This document shows positions 14,687-29,214 of a DNA stretch of 64,000 bases, in pieces. Under the pieces are notes generated by a model, which had not been told where the DNA came from, searched no databases, and saw only the letters and a program-made list of their open reading frames with translations. This stretch comes from the human T2T-CHM13v2.0 reference genome, Homo sapiens. The DNA lies in NCBI RefSeq assembly GCF_009914755.1, contig NC_060940.1. One strand, written 5' to 3'. Every line of letters begins with the position of its first letter. Position 1 is the first letter of the stretch. The position numbers and the translations under genes are program-made.

Positions 14687-15197
14687 TGTGGCAGAGTGCT
14701 AATTTTTCTCCAGTATTTATTTTCTCCTTCATTTTGTTAGCAGTAGAACTTCTCAAGCTTTCACTCTGTATGTGACCATCTGGGTAGAGACTACCTTTCT
14801 TAGCTTCTCTTGCAACTGTGTGTGGACACGCAACTAAATTACTGCCTCCAGGGTGTGAGCAGAACGGATGCGTGCAGCTTCAAGTCACAGCACTGGAAAG
14901 GAAAATACTTGCCTTTCATTCTCTATTTCCTCTTTCTACACGTTGGAATTTGACGGAGTTCTGGCAAGTCTACTTCAACCATGTGGATGAGGACAATACT
15001 TCAGAGGAAAGAAGAACATTAAAATGCAAGGAACCAGATCCCTAGATGACTGATTGCAAGGGGCAAAGAAACTATGGCAGCCCTAGACTATGTACCTCTG
15101 GACCAATCTGTGAAAGAGAAGTAGATTCCTACTTGGCCTGAGTCACTGTGTTTTTGGATCTCTTGTACCAGCAACTCAGCCAGTGTCCTAAATAACA
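14687..15197 (+). mobile_element. Old MLT1 (about MLT1J) MaLR LTR
   Basis: tgtggcaga start; gactacctttcttagcttctcttgca; aaggaaccagatccctagatgac; cctaaataaca end. Confidence 0.65.
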
Positions 15198-15459
15198 TGC
15201 ATCCTCCCTAGTGGGACTGGAGAGCTTATAGGTTCAGTCTCACTGATGATCCAACCTCTTTAGAGCAGGCAAGAGGAATTTCATGTACCTCTTGATAAAG
15301 CGGTAAGCAAAACACAAATTCAGTGGGACACTCCACTGCAGGTGATTTTGAGGTTCTGCAGTCTGTCTATCAAGTTAAATGAGAAAAAAGAAGATAGAGG
15401 ATCCTGGCTGCATAATCACACATGCACGGAAGGCAAAATCATTTGGACGGGAGCCTTGA

Positions 15460-15670
15460 GTGGTGGAGAAAGCAAGGGCTCTGAGCCAGATATTTCAGAG
15501 TTCACATCAGTGTGTCTTTATAATTTAGTTGTTTAAGTCACTACTTTCTCATCTGCAAAATGGGAATTGCAATGCATATTTCATGTACTTGTTCCAGGAA
15601 CTAAATGAGATAATCTATTTAAAGGTCCTGGCACAGGGTCTGGTAAAAATTAGGTGTTAAGTGAAAGTAA
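15460..15670 (+). mobile_element. MIR
   Basis: MIR core tttctcatctgcaaaatggga; aaatgagataat; ggcacagggtctgg. Confidence 0.75.
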
Positions 15671-15981
15671 GTTCCCTTCCAATGTCTGGGCTTTTGATCA
15701 TTGCACCAAGCTGCCTCTGCAAGGCACACAAGACTCTAGGTGATCTGATTCCTCCCTTTTTCACCCCTTCAGCTTCATCTGGGGCCACTTTTCCCTTGCC
15801 CATGACTCTCTGACTCCTAAGCCCATGACTAGTTTCCCTTCAGTACCAAAGCCATTCTAAATTCTCTCCTGCCTCTGGATCTTCATACTTCCTTTTCCTT
15901 CTGCTTGCAACCCTTTCTCATGATCACATTTCAGAGAAGCCCTCCTGAGGACCACGCTATCTAAAGTAGTTTCTTGTCCAC

Positions 15982-16636
15982 TGTGTTCAGCAGAATAATG
16001 ACACCCCGCAAAGATGTGGTTTTTATGAAGACAGAAACATCTGTCTTATTTACCAGCTCACCTGCTACAGTATGGATTATGTAGCACATACTCAATATTT
16101 ATTGAATGCATATATGAATGAAAAATTGAATGGGAACTTTGAAATTCATCCTCATCCCTGGAACCCAAGAGTATGTTAAGTGACATGGCAAAGGGCAATT
16201 AAGGCAGCAGGCGAAATTAAGTTTACTAATCAGCTGACCTTAGGGAGCTATTCCTGGAATATCTGGTTGGACCCAAAGGAATCATAAAGATCTTTAAAAG
16301 TGGAAGAGAGGGGCAGAATCGAAGAGTCAAAGGTAGGAGTGTGATGACGGAAACAGGTATGTTACTGCCCTTGAAGATGGAGGAAGGGGCCACAAGCCAA
16401 AGAAAGCAGGCAGCCTTTAGAAGCTGGAAAAAGCAAGAAAATGGATGTTCTCTAGAGCTTCCAGAAGGAGCAGCCCTGCTGACATCTTGATCTTTGCCCA
16501 GTGCCTTGATTTCAGCTCAGTAATTTTAGCCCATGTTGGACTTCTGAAGTACAGAACTGTAAGATAATACGTTTGTATTGTTTTAAGCCACTAAATTTGT
16601 GGTAACTTGTTCCAGCAACAATAAGAAACTAATATA
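15982..16636 (+). mobile_element. MLT1C/D MaLR LTR with a foreign 132-bp insert at 16018-16149
   Basis: cagaataatgacaccccgcaaagatgt|insert|cctcatccctggaacc...ttgaagatggaggaaggggccacaagcc...ttttaagccactaaatttgtggtaa...gaaactaatata. Confidence 0.85.
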
Positions 16637-16832
16637 CCTGTATGCCAGCCCAGTATCTAATATATATATATCGCCCTCTTTATTTGCTGCCTAACACTCA
16701 GCACGATCTGCAATTATCTTATCCATTTATGTGTCCTCTTGACTTAGTCAAATGGGGCTTTTATGAAGACACAAATGTCTATCTTATTTACCAGCTCACC
16801 TGCTAGAGTACGGGTTATGTAGCACATACTCC

Positions 16833-17319
16833 TTCTTTATTCATTTATTAATTATACTTTAAGTTCTGGGGTACGTGTGCAGAACGTGCAGGTTTGTTAC
16901 GTAGGTATATACGTGCCATGGTGGTTTGCTGCACCTATCAACCACACTAAGTATTTCTCCTAATGCTCTCCCTCCCCTAGCCCCCCACCCCACCAACAGG
17001 CCCTGGTGTGTGATGTTCCCCTCCCTGTGTCCATGTGTTCTCATTGTTCAGTTCCCACTTGTGAGTGAGAACATGTGGTATTTGGTCTTCTGTGCTTGTG
17101 TTAGTTTGTTGAGAATGATGGTTTCCAGCTTCATCCATGTCCCTGCAAAGGACATGAATTCCTCCATTTTTATAGCTGCATAGTATTCCATAGTGTATAT
17201 GTGTCACATTTCTTTATCCAGTCTATCACTGATGGGCATTTGGGTTGGTTCCAAGTCTTTACTGTTGTGACCAGTGCCGCAATAAACATACATGGGCGTG
17301 TGTCTTTATAGTAGAATGA
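16833..17319 (-). mobile_element. L1PA (about PA6-8) 3' end, 5'-truncated
   Basis: ttatactttaagttctggggtacgtgtgcagaacgtgcaggtttgttac...tgtctttatagtagaatga; degenerate TSD actccttcttt/actccatattt. Confidence 0.93.
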
Positions 17320-17593
17320 CTCCATATTTTTTTAATGCATGCATGAATGAAAAATTGAATGGAAACTTTGACATTCATTTTCTTCATCTGCAGGGCTTGT
17401 TTCTGAGAGTGTGCACGGAGATTGAAGGGCAGGGGCTCATGTGACAGTGTGAAGCAGGAATTCTGACCGTTGGCCAAACCAAGCCCTGAAACTCAAGTTC
17501 TGTTTGGGAGTGAGAGGCAGGTTAGAGGAGATAAACACCCAGCCTTTTAATTTTTTTTTTCCAGCCTGCTTTAAATCACCTGTAAATCTTTAG

Positions 17594-17619
17594 TGGCCAC
17601 CAGGAGGTGAATGACTCAT
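17594..17619 (+). promoter_or_regulatory. CTCF-like motif abutting a perfect AP-1 site
   Basis: TGGCCACCAGGAGGTGA (17594-17610) + ATGACTCAT (17611-17619) in repeat-free DNA. Confidence 0.55.
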
Positions 17620-18469
17620 GCTACCTTTTCTCAGCAAAGGCTCTTCAGGATGGGACACTCCAAGTTTTTAACTCCCAGCAACAGTTCGGCTCACAGCGAG
17701 ACCGGGCCCTCTGCTGTCACTGAAGTGTGTGTTTGTTTAATTAGGGCGCCGAGTAGAGCCTCATCCTGGTGGCAGATGTTGCCATGTGTAGTATAATAAA
17801 TAAAAGTCTTTATAGGACCCAGCAGGCAGTAGAGCCTTCAGTTAGCAGATGGCGAAATATTAAACTGGCAGAGCAATAACTTAACTGCCTGAATCAGCTG
17901 GTCCCTGCCCGGATTTGCTCCAACATGAATCAACTTCATATAGGAGGTGTCGCTCAGCCTCAGATGTGTACCCTCACCTGCCCTCGCTCCTGGTCCCTGC
18001 TAGGACCATGTTTGCCTTGGCATACCACTATTAAAGTCAGATTACTGGGTTTAATACCATTATTAAAGTCAGATACATAAGTTTTTTTATAACCTTATTA
18101 GCTGGTCAAAGAGAGGTGCTTGCTGGGCTGGACCGTAGGGTTCTTTTACAGGGGAAGGAAATGCAGTAAGCCTGTGGATGTCCTCTGTGCCAGTTTCTGC
18201 TTGGCTCCAGATTAGCCAGACAGTATGTTACCTGGCCCCTGGGCCCTCGTGGTGCAGGAGAAGGATCCCACTTGGCTCCAGGAATCCTCCTGTTTAAGAC
18301 CAGGAGGATGGTTCAGTTAGCCCAGGGAGACCCCACTGGAGGAGAGAACAGGGCTTTTTGTTCTGAAAAGACCCAAAAAAGGGATTGACTGACATCTATT
18401 ACATTGCTGCAGGGGTGGAGTGAGGGGCATTGGACTTGTTTACTAAATTCCAGATTATACGACTGATAT

Positions 18470-19110
18470 TTACAGAGGGCTTGCTATGTGTTGGGACTTT
18501 GGATAAGGGCTTTGCAGACGAACAGAAACCCACCCCATCTTTACCATAACCCTGTGAGGCAGTAACAACGAACCCTTCTAGCGCTGTGTGCCAGGCCCCG
18601 TTCCAAGAGCTTAATGTACATTGACTCACTCAACTCCCCAACATGAAACATTAAACCCATTTCTCACATGGGGAAGCTGAGGCTCTGAGAGGTGTGATGA
18701 TTTGTTCAAAAACACACAGCTAGAAGATACCGGAGCTAAGATGCAACCCAATTGTGTCTAAACTCAGAGGCGGCAGTTGCCTTTGACTCCAGGAGGCATA
18801 AAAGTAAACTTGGACAGAAGATGGTGAACCCGTAGGCAAAATGCCACCTAGAAAATGAAGTGGGGAACTGATACTAGGAAAGAGGATATAAAATTTATAT
18901 TTGTTGCCATTTATTGCCATAAATTCGGCTACTTTTTAACAGATATCTGAAATAATTTTCTCCTTTAATTCTTACAGAAAGCCTTGGAGGCAGCTTCAAT
19001 TAGAAGCTAATTTTACTAATTAGAAAATTGGTATCAGAAGGACGATTGAACGTGTCCAAGGTCACACAGCCAGTAAGGAGAGGGGCCTGGACTGGAGCAG
19101 ACCTGTCTGA
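18470..19110 (-). mobile_element. MIR fragments
   Basis: cccatttctcacatggggaagctgaggctctgagagg; gtccaaggtcacacagccagtaag. Confidence 0.65.
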
Positions 19111-19282
19111 TTCACTCAGACAGGACTGGAGCAGACCCTTGCTTTGTTCACTCAATAGTTTTTTCCAAAGGCTTTTTAAGAAGAGGACTTTGGAGTTGTA
19201 AAGAATTTAGATACGTGGAAATGAGAGAAAGGCCTTCCAGGCAGAGGAAACAGGATGAACAAAGTCTTGGCAGGTATGGACA

Positions 19283-19286
<4 letters not shown>

Positions 19287-19320
<34 letters not shown>
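19287..19320. repeat. (TG)17 microsatellite
   Basis: Perfect TG array followed by TAGG/TTGG units. Confidence 0.97.
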
Positions 19321-19323
<3 letters not shown>

Positions 19324-19393
19324 GTAGGTAGGTTGGTTGTTGGAGACAGACCCAGGGAAGCCTTGAATGGCATGCTGAAAGAATTGGTCTTTC

Positions 19394-19746
<353 letters not shown>

Positions 19747-20603
19747 TCAATAATTAAGCTCATGCAAACAAAGGGCCCTTTCTGATCACCATGGTGGGTT
19801 TCCACTGCCTGCTTCTCCGCTAACTTCTATAACGAAAATGATACTCAAGACTTTTCTTGCCATCATGGTCAATAATGTGAGGGTTTGAGCACATCCTCAG
19901 AGTTAGGCTTTGGAATTTCTTGAATTCCTGCTGTGTGGGGCGTGCTGGGGAGTCTTTGGTCTGAGGGCTGGCTGCTGCTCGCTTTGGCCCTTTGATCTCC
20001 CAGTGCCCGGGATCTTTCAGTCTAGCTTTTCCTGTGTCCTGCATTGCCAGTCCCCCCACCCTCTGGATCTGTCCCCTTTTTGTTGTCTCTGAGCTAATGG
20101 GACAGATTCCATGGATGCTGGCCTGGACCTCTCTTTCTTCAGCCTGTCTCATGACCTCTAAGGCCTGGCCTGAGGAGGAGGCATAACTCTAGGAGGTCGA
20201 GGTGAGCCTGGCGCTGCAAGTATGCCCCTAATTTGTGAAACCACAGTCATAGATATCACAGTTGGTTAATACACTCGTCCTTGGATTCTTTCAAATTCAT
20301 TGCTCCTGTTCAAAAAACATTTCTCTTTTTTTCTTATTGCAGTAGTAATACATGCTTATTGTATGTTATGAAGAAGATGCAGAAAAATATAAGTGATGAA
20401 ACGATAGCCCATAATAATCCCACAACCCCAAGACAATCATTATTAACCTTGGGTATATTTTCTTACAGTCATTCATACAGACGTATACAAAACACACGTC
20501 TGTCTATATGAAATACTTACGTGCTTAAACTCATACCAGATATATGATTTTGCATTCCATGTTTCCACTCTTATAAAATCAGTGCAATTTTTTTACATTG
20601 CTA

Positions 20604-20984
<381 letters not shown>

Positions 20985-22404
20985 TTAATATAATTTCAAT
21001 TATGTTAGCTAAAAACACATGGGTACACGATGCCTATGCACTACAAAAGTACCACACAGGATGGAAGCAGAGACTACAAAATATTAATAGAGGTTTTCTC
21101 TAGGGGATGTGTTTTATTTTATTCTTGCATCTTTCCATGTTTTCCACGTTTTTCCCACATATTAATCATGAATTTTTCTAATGAGAAAATTTTGCATAGC
21201 TACATAATAGTCCAAGATATGAATATACCATTGTTTATTTAATTATTGGCCTACTAAAGGCCTTTGGGTAGTTTCAAAGCTTTTACATTTATAAATAATG
21301 TTGTGTTAAATGTTCCTTTATCTGTTCAACAGATATTTGAGAGTCTATGGCATGCCTTGTATCTTGGTGCCTATATCTGCATATGTTATATAAATAATAT
21401 TTTATTTTTGTGGAAACTGAAGAGCAAAGAAATCACCGAGTTAGTTGGGGACACGGATGGGTCTGTGCTTTTAGGTCTTTCAATTCTGAGGATTTATCTT
21501 TGCCAGACTGCTTTCCTCAAACCTCTGGTCTCCCTTTGGCAGAATGGTGGCAAATTGGAGGTTCTCTTGGGTATATTGAGTCACAGATCTCCTTGAATAG
21601 TGTGTGACACTACTCAAGAAGTACCTACTTGGCCCCCAGCCTATTGCCTGGTGGCCTCCTTCTTGCAGATGCACCCATTTTGCAGATGGGTCAAAGCATG
21701 TAGTCTTACAGCACAAATACTTGTCTTTGTGGAAAGTCATCCTCCCTCTGCTTGGCTGCTAGACTTTCCTGTGTGTCCATCATAGGTGTGGCTTTGTGGC
21801 ACCCAGTCAATCTGATTAAGATGGTTCTTGCTTATCAGCTTGGTGCTATTTGAGATGATACATTGGAAGTCCACCTCAAATATCACCTCCTCCCTGAAAT
21901 TATCCAGATACTCTCAGACAAAGTTCACAGCTCTTTTTTGGATTTTTTTTTTTTTTTTGTGTATGGCCTTATTTTAAAAACATATCTCTCCAAACCATGG
22001 CTGTGTCTGTACATCTTTTTCTCATCAAGTAGGTTATTAGCTCTTTAAGGTCAGGGACCACATGTTATCCACTTTGGTACCCTGTCCATTTGCTTCTGTT
22101 TCTCAGTCTAGCGCTTGCCTTCATCTCCACTGCCACTATTCAAGTGCACACCTTCTATCACCACCCACCTAGAACACTGAACCAGTGTCCGACCTGCTGG
22201 GACTCCCTGCATCTGCTCTCGTGCCACTTACAATCCAGTTTTCCCATAGCAGTGAAAGGGATTATTTGAAATCACAAATCAAATGTGCCATTTCTTTCCG
22301 TAGCTCAGCAAGATCTGGCCCTCGCCTGCCTCTCTGACATCATCCCAGTGAACTCATCCCCATTCCTCACAGCACTTCTCTCTGATCCCTTTTATCACAT
22401 CATT

Positions 22405-22825
22405 CTGCATAACAGTTTGGATTATTGCCCAGCAAGTGTTGATGGCCTCCCCGCTCCAATTGTGGATGGTATTTACTTCCCTACCACATGATTTTGGGCT
22501 TGGCCATATGACTCGTTTTGGCCAACAGGATATTAGTGGGTAGAAGTGAACAGAGATTTGAAATGTGATAGAGTGGTTGGGCTCACCTACTTTAGTTCTT
22601 CCATGGCCATGAGGGTAACATGCCCTGGGTAACCTGTTGGTCCCAGAAGAGTGAGAGATGCAAGGAACAGACATGAACTAAACATATGGCCTGGAGCCAA
22701 GCCCAGCCTAGATCAGCCAAACCCAGGACAAACCATAGTTGCATAAATGAGGTACACATGCTTGCTGTTGTGGAGTTACTGGCTGTATGCTACCCAGCAC
22801 TGCTGTGGCATAGTTGACTAACACA
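22405..22825 (+). mobile_element. Old MLT1 (about MLT1I/H) MaLR LTR within L2 fragments
   Basis: gggcttggccatatgactcgttttggccaac; gcctggagccaagcccagcctagatcagcc; tgtggcatagttgactaacaca. Confidence 0.7.
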
Positions 22826-22962
22826 CCCTATTTTATGCACTTCATAATTATTATTTTGAACTTTCCATCTTTTCTAATCAGGACATAGTTTCTATGATAA
22901 AAGAGACATTGCCTATTTTGCTCTATAATTCCAGCTATATATATGAAATCACCAATAAATAT

Positions 22963-23276
22963 GCATGTATGTGTGTATGTATGTATGTATTTTTGAGACG
23001 GAGTCTTGCTCTGTCGCCCAGTGACGCGATCTCGGCTCACTGCAACCTCTGCCTCCTGAGTTCAAGTGATTCTCCTGCTTCAGCCTCCCAAGTAGCTGGG
23101 ACTATAGGCACGTGCACCTTTTTTTATTTTTGTATGCCTGGCTACTTTTTGTATTTTTAGTAGAAATGGGGTTTCCCCATGTTAGCCAGGTTGGTCTTGA
23201 TCTCCTGACCACGTGATCTGCCAGCCTTGGCCTCCCAAAGTGCTGGGATTACAGGTGTGAGCCACTGTGCCTGGCC
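22963..23276 (-). mobile_element. AluS with (TACA)n-type tail and small internal indels
   Basis: Antisense Alu; TSD ccaataaatat. Confidence 0.93.
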
Positions 23277-23399
23277 TGCCAATAAATATTTATTAAATGA
23301 CTGAATACCCCCGGCATGCTTAGCACAATACCTGTGCCCGATCAATATTTGCTGAATGCAGTTGGTGAACCATCCAAAGCAGCCTGTATTGTGTCCTAA

Positions 23400-24300
23400 C
23401 ATGTATATCTTTAAACTCAACTTGGCACGTGGGTGACACCTCTATCCCCTCTCTTCCTCTCTCTGATCACATAAAAGATCCTCCTTGTAAGAATACACAC
23501 ACTGAAAACAGATGATGTGTCAATGCCGTAATTTAAACCATGAATCTGTACTTGCTTAAAGATGAACTTGTTTGGAAGAAAAATGAGGAAAATGCTTGTG
23601 CCCGTCCAACAGAGTCCCCGGATAAGTACATCAATTTTGCTTCTTAGCGGATCCAGCACATAATAAAAGAAAACTGCTGAGGTCAGCAGCAGCAGAGAAG
23701 CCACACTTCTTATTTTCACAAACACAGTTTTGGGGATGGTAATCATATCTATTAGCAAGGGTGACACCACTGTGGGCCTGGCAGAAAAATGAGCTCTCCC
23801 GCATTGCAAAATGAGCAAAGTGGAGATCGATAAATCATAAAATTAGTTGAGACATCATCTATCTTTCATGGCTTTCCCTTTATTCCTGCCACGGTCCCTC
23901 AGGACACTCATTCATTTACTGCATTTTATTGTTGGGAAAACACGTCAAGGTTTGGAGGCTGCATTCAGTTAGGGGAGCAGGGGCCATAATGTGTGTCATT
24001 AATTAGGCAGGTTTGGGAGGTTCAATCCAAAGTCTGGTCTCAACTGACTTCCATAAATTGAGTTTTAGGACTGCTTCTGCGTCTTGTGTGACTTCATCAA
24101 AAAGAGAACGTTATTGAAATATGCCCTGAGAGGGAGAGAGAGAGAAAGAGGGACATGTCTGCTCACTCTGTAGAAACGATAAATTTAGGGACAAACCAGG
24201 TGATAAGCCAGATGCAATCTGAGTTGTCTAAAGATTCTTGCTGTTATCTACATGTGATTGAAATAAATGTGAGACACAGAGCTTGGAGTGCATAGATACG
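23400..24300. promoter_or_regulatory. Candidate enhancer / conserved non-coding element
   Basis: ~0.9 kb without a recognisable repeat; MARE-like TGCTGAGGTCAGCA 23675-23688; PBX-HOX-like ATAAATCA 23830-23837; TAATTA, CCATAAA, GGACATGTCT. Confidence 0.45.
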
Positions 24301-24694
24301 TCATCTGGTACCTATATTCTTCATGTCAAGGCATATAGTAAACAGATTTTTTTTCAAAAAATTATTGTGATAACACTTAACATGAGACGTACCCTCTTAA
24401 CAAATTTTAAGTGCACAATACCTTGTTGACTCTAGGTACATAATGTGCAGCAGAGCTCTAGAACGCATTCATCTTGCCTGACGGAAACTTCACGCCCATT
24501 GATGAGTAGCTCCTCATTTTCTCCTCCCCACAGCCCTGGCAACCACCATTACACTCTTTTGTTCTACGCATTTGACTATTTCACATGACCCCTGTAAGTG
24601 GAAATAAGAAATATTTGTCTTTGTTTGACAGATATTTAACTTACCATAAAGTCCTCAAGATTTAATTCTTGTTCTCACATCTTGCAGAATTTTC

Positions 24695-25090
<396 letters not shown>

Positions 25091-25599
25091 TGAAGGCTGA
25101 ATAATATTCCATTGCGTGTATATACCACATTTTCTTTACCCATTAATCTGTCATTTAGGTTTTTTCCCCATTTTGGCTGTTGTGAACAGTGCTGCAATGA
25201 ACATGTTAGTGCTAATATTTCTTCCACATTCTGATTTTAATTTTTATGGGTATAAATCCAGAAGTAGGATTGCTGGATCATATGCTAGTTCTATTTTCAA
25301 TTTTTTGAGAAACCTCCGTACTGTTTTTCTTAGTGGTTGTACCATTTTGCATTGCCAATAATAGTGTGCAAAGGTTTCAATTTTTCTACATCTTCACCAA
25401 CATTTGTTGTCTTTTGTCTTTTTGACACTAGCCAATCTGACAGGTGTGAGGTGATTTCTCATTGTGGTTTTGATTTGCAATTAGTGATACTGATTATTTG
25501 TGGTATTGGACATTTTTTCATAAACTTGTTGGCTTAACTAAGGAGGTGAAAGACTTGTATACTAAAAATTATAAAACCTTGAAAGAAACGAAAGAAGGT

Positions 25600-25941
<342 letters not shown>

Positions 25942-27039
25942 TCATGGATTGGAAGACTTCATATTGTTCAAGTGTCCATACTATGCAAAGCAATATGCAG
26001 ATTCAATGCAATCCCTATTAAAATCCAAAAGGCATTTTTCACAGAAATAGAAAAAATGAGTCTAAAATTTGTATAGAACCACAAAAGGCCACAAATAGCC
26101 AAATCAACCTTGAGAAAGAAGAACAGTGTTGGAAGCATCACACTTCCTGATTTCAAAATATATTACAAGGCCACAGTAATTAAAACTGGTATAAAATAAA
26201 ATATGGTACTGGCATAAAGACAGACATATAGGCCAAAGGAATACAATAGCAAGTCCAGAAGTAAATCTACACATATGTGATCAAATGATCTTCAACAATG
26301 GTGCCAAGAATATGTAATAGGGGAATGATTGTCTCTTTAATAAGTGATGCTGGGAAAACTGGATAACCACATGCAAAAGAATGAAATAGGATCCTTATCT
26401 AACACCATACATGAAAATCAACTAAAAAAGGACTAAAGACTTACAAGTAAAACCTGAAACTGTAAAACTCCTAGAAGAAAACATAGGGGAAACACTTCAT
26501 GATGTTGGTCTTGCCAATGATTTCGTGAATATGACACCAAAAGCACAGACAACAACAACAAAAATAAATGATGAGAACTATGTAAAACGAAAAAGTGTCT
26601 GCACAGCAAATGAAACAATCGAGTTAAAAGACAACCCACAAAATGGGAAAAATTATTTGTAGACCATCTATGTAATGAGTTAATTTCTAAAATATATAAG
26701 GAATTTCTACAACTCAATAGCAAAAAAAAAAAAAAACCTCTAACAATCTGATTAAAAAGTGGGCTAAGGACTTTAATAGACATTTCTCTAAAGAAGATAT
26801 TAAGTAGGTTTCTAAAATCGTGATGTGTTTTTCATTTGATGTGTGCATTTAATTGACGCTCATTACTCCATCAAAAGCATCCTGAAATCAAGGAAACAGT
26901 ACTTACTAGAATGTTTCAGTGATCGATTTCTGCCTATTAAACCACCCCAAAACTTAATGCATTAAGACTAATTTATTATTGCTGTGATTCTGGGACAAAA
27001 CATAACTAACTTTTTATTCCCCTTTCAAGGTGTATTTTC

Positions 27040-27896
<857 letters not shown>

Positions 27897-27919
27897 GCAC
27901 CTAGGGTTCACACCGAAAA

Positions 27920-28310
27920 AAAATAGTAGGCTCTGGAGATGCAACAGACCCTGCTTTCATTGGAGCTTTCAGAGAGGGAAGACAAGTGAACACATGAATA
28001 AATGTTAAGAGGTAGTGAGCATTAAGGAGATAAAGTAGGTATAGAGAATGGAGAGAGATGGGAGGTGTGACCCCGTTTCAATAGGGTGGTGAGTGAAGGC
28101 CTCTCTGAAAAGGTGGCTTTGAGCAAACGCCCAAATAAATGGAGGGGCTGAGCCGTGCAGGTATCTGGAAGCAAATGGGGCAGGGGAAGGAGCTGTTTCA
28201 AAGGATCCAAGATGGGCAAATACCTGCAGGGCTTAGAAATGGTGGCTATAATCTGAAAGCATGTAGCAATAGAAGCCTTGCAGCTGAATACATGCATTTG
28301 AGGCAGCAAT
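27920..28310 (-). mobile_element. L2 fragment
   Basis: agggtggtgagtgaaggcctctctgaaaaggtggctttgagc. Confidence 0.65.
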
Positions 28311-28758
28311 GACTTCTTTCTAGGGGGTTTATGTGAGGAGGGATTTTTCTTTTTGGGAAAAACCCTGAGGTACACGTATTCAAAGGAAATATTTGTTGAC
28401 TTGGATGGAAAGGGCCTGTCTTCAGCTTTCGTTCTGCTCTGCCTGGCTGCCTCTCAGTGTTAGGTTCAATGCTTGAGGCTGTGCCAAGTTGATTTCCCTG
28501 TGAGAGCAGACGCCTGATAGTAGGGCACAGTGCCAGTCCCGTTGATAATGAAATCTTTGCATCCCCGTTGACACTTCTATAAAGGACAGAAGAGGAACTG
28601 TAAGTTCCCATTCTGATCTTTTATTTCTGTTTTGTCACCCTCAAGAATACCTGTCAGAAAGCTTTTGGGATCTGGACTCAGATGGACCTGAATTTGAAGC
28701 CCACTGTGAATTTTACTGCAGTGGGATTTTGGTGAGAGCTGCTCAAACCTGAACTTGA

Positions 28759-28893
28759 GGCCAGGCCTGGTGGTTCATGCCTGTAATCTCAGCACTTTGG
28801 GAGGCCGAGACAGGAGGATCATTTGAACTCAGGAGTTCAAGGCCAGGCTGGGCAACATAGGGAGATCCTGTCTGTAATAAAGAATAAAAAATT
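28759..28893 (+). mobile_element. FLAM/AluJ left monomer
   Basis: Single monomer; TSD-like aaacctgaacttgag/aaaccctgaatttgag. Confidence 0.88.
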
Positions 28894-29214
28894 AAAACCC
28901 TGAATTTGAGAGGAGCACGTGGTGACAGTGCTCAGATTTGGGTTATTCATGCCCAATATTGTGGCTCTTTCTGTTTTTGTTTTCAAATTTTGTTTTATAT
29001 TTGTCTTTACAGAACATTAACATTGTTCCAAACTAATAACTAAATAAAAAAGCCATCCTCAGAGTAGGTACAGAGTGGTTAGTTGCCCTGGTTGGAGGAG
29101 TGGGAGAGTTCTATCACCAATATTGTTTAGAATTGCCAGTAATAATAAAAATGGATGACCTTTAATTGCTTTTTGTTCATGTCATAATACTCGTGTATGA
29201 AATTCATATATTTT

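Larger units (their letters stand above)
15750..17378 (+). mobile_element. L2 3' region, interrupted by an MLT1 LTR and an L1PA
   Basis: ctctcctgcctctgg...tcagagaagccctcctga..ctatctaaagtag, then ...agcacatact...gcatgaatgaa end. Confidence 0.6.

Noticed and set aside
23417-23818. 133-aa hydrophobic minus-strand ORF in unique DNA
   Set aside because: Non-ATG start, no recognisable domain or splice context; region better explained as regulatory
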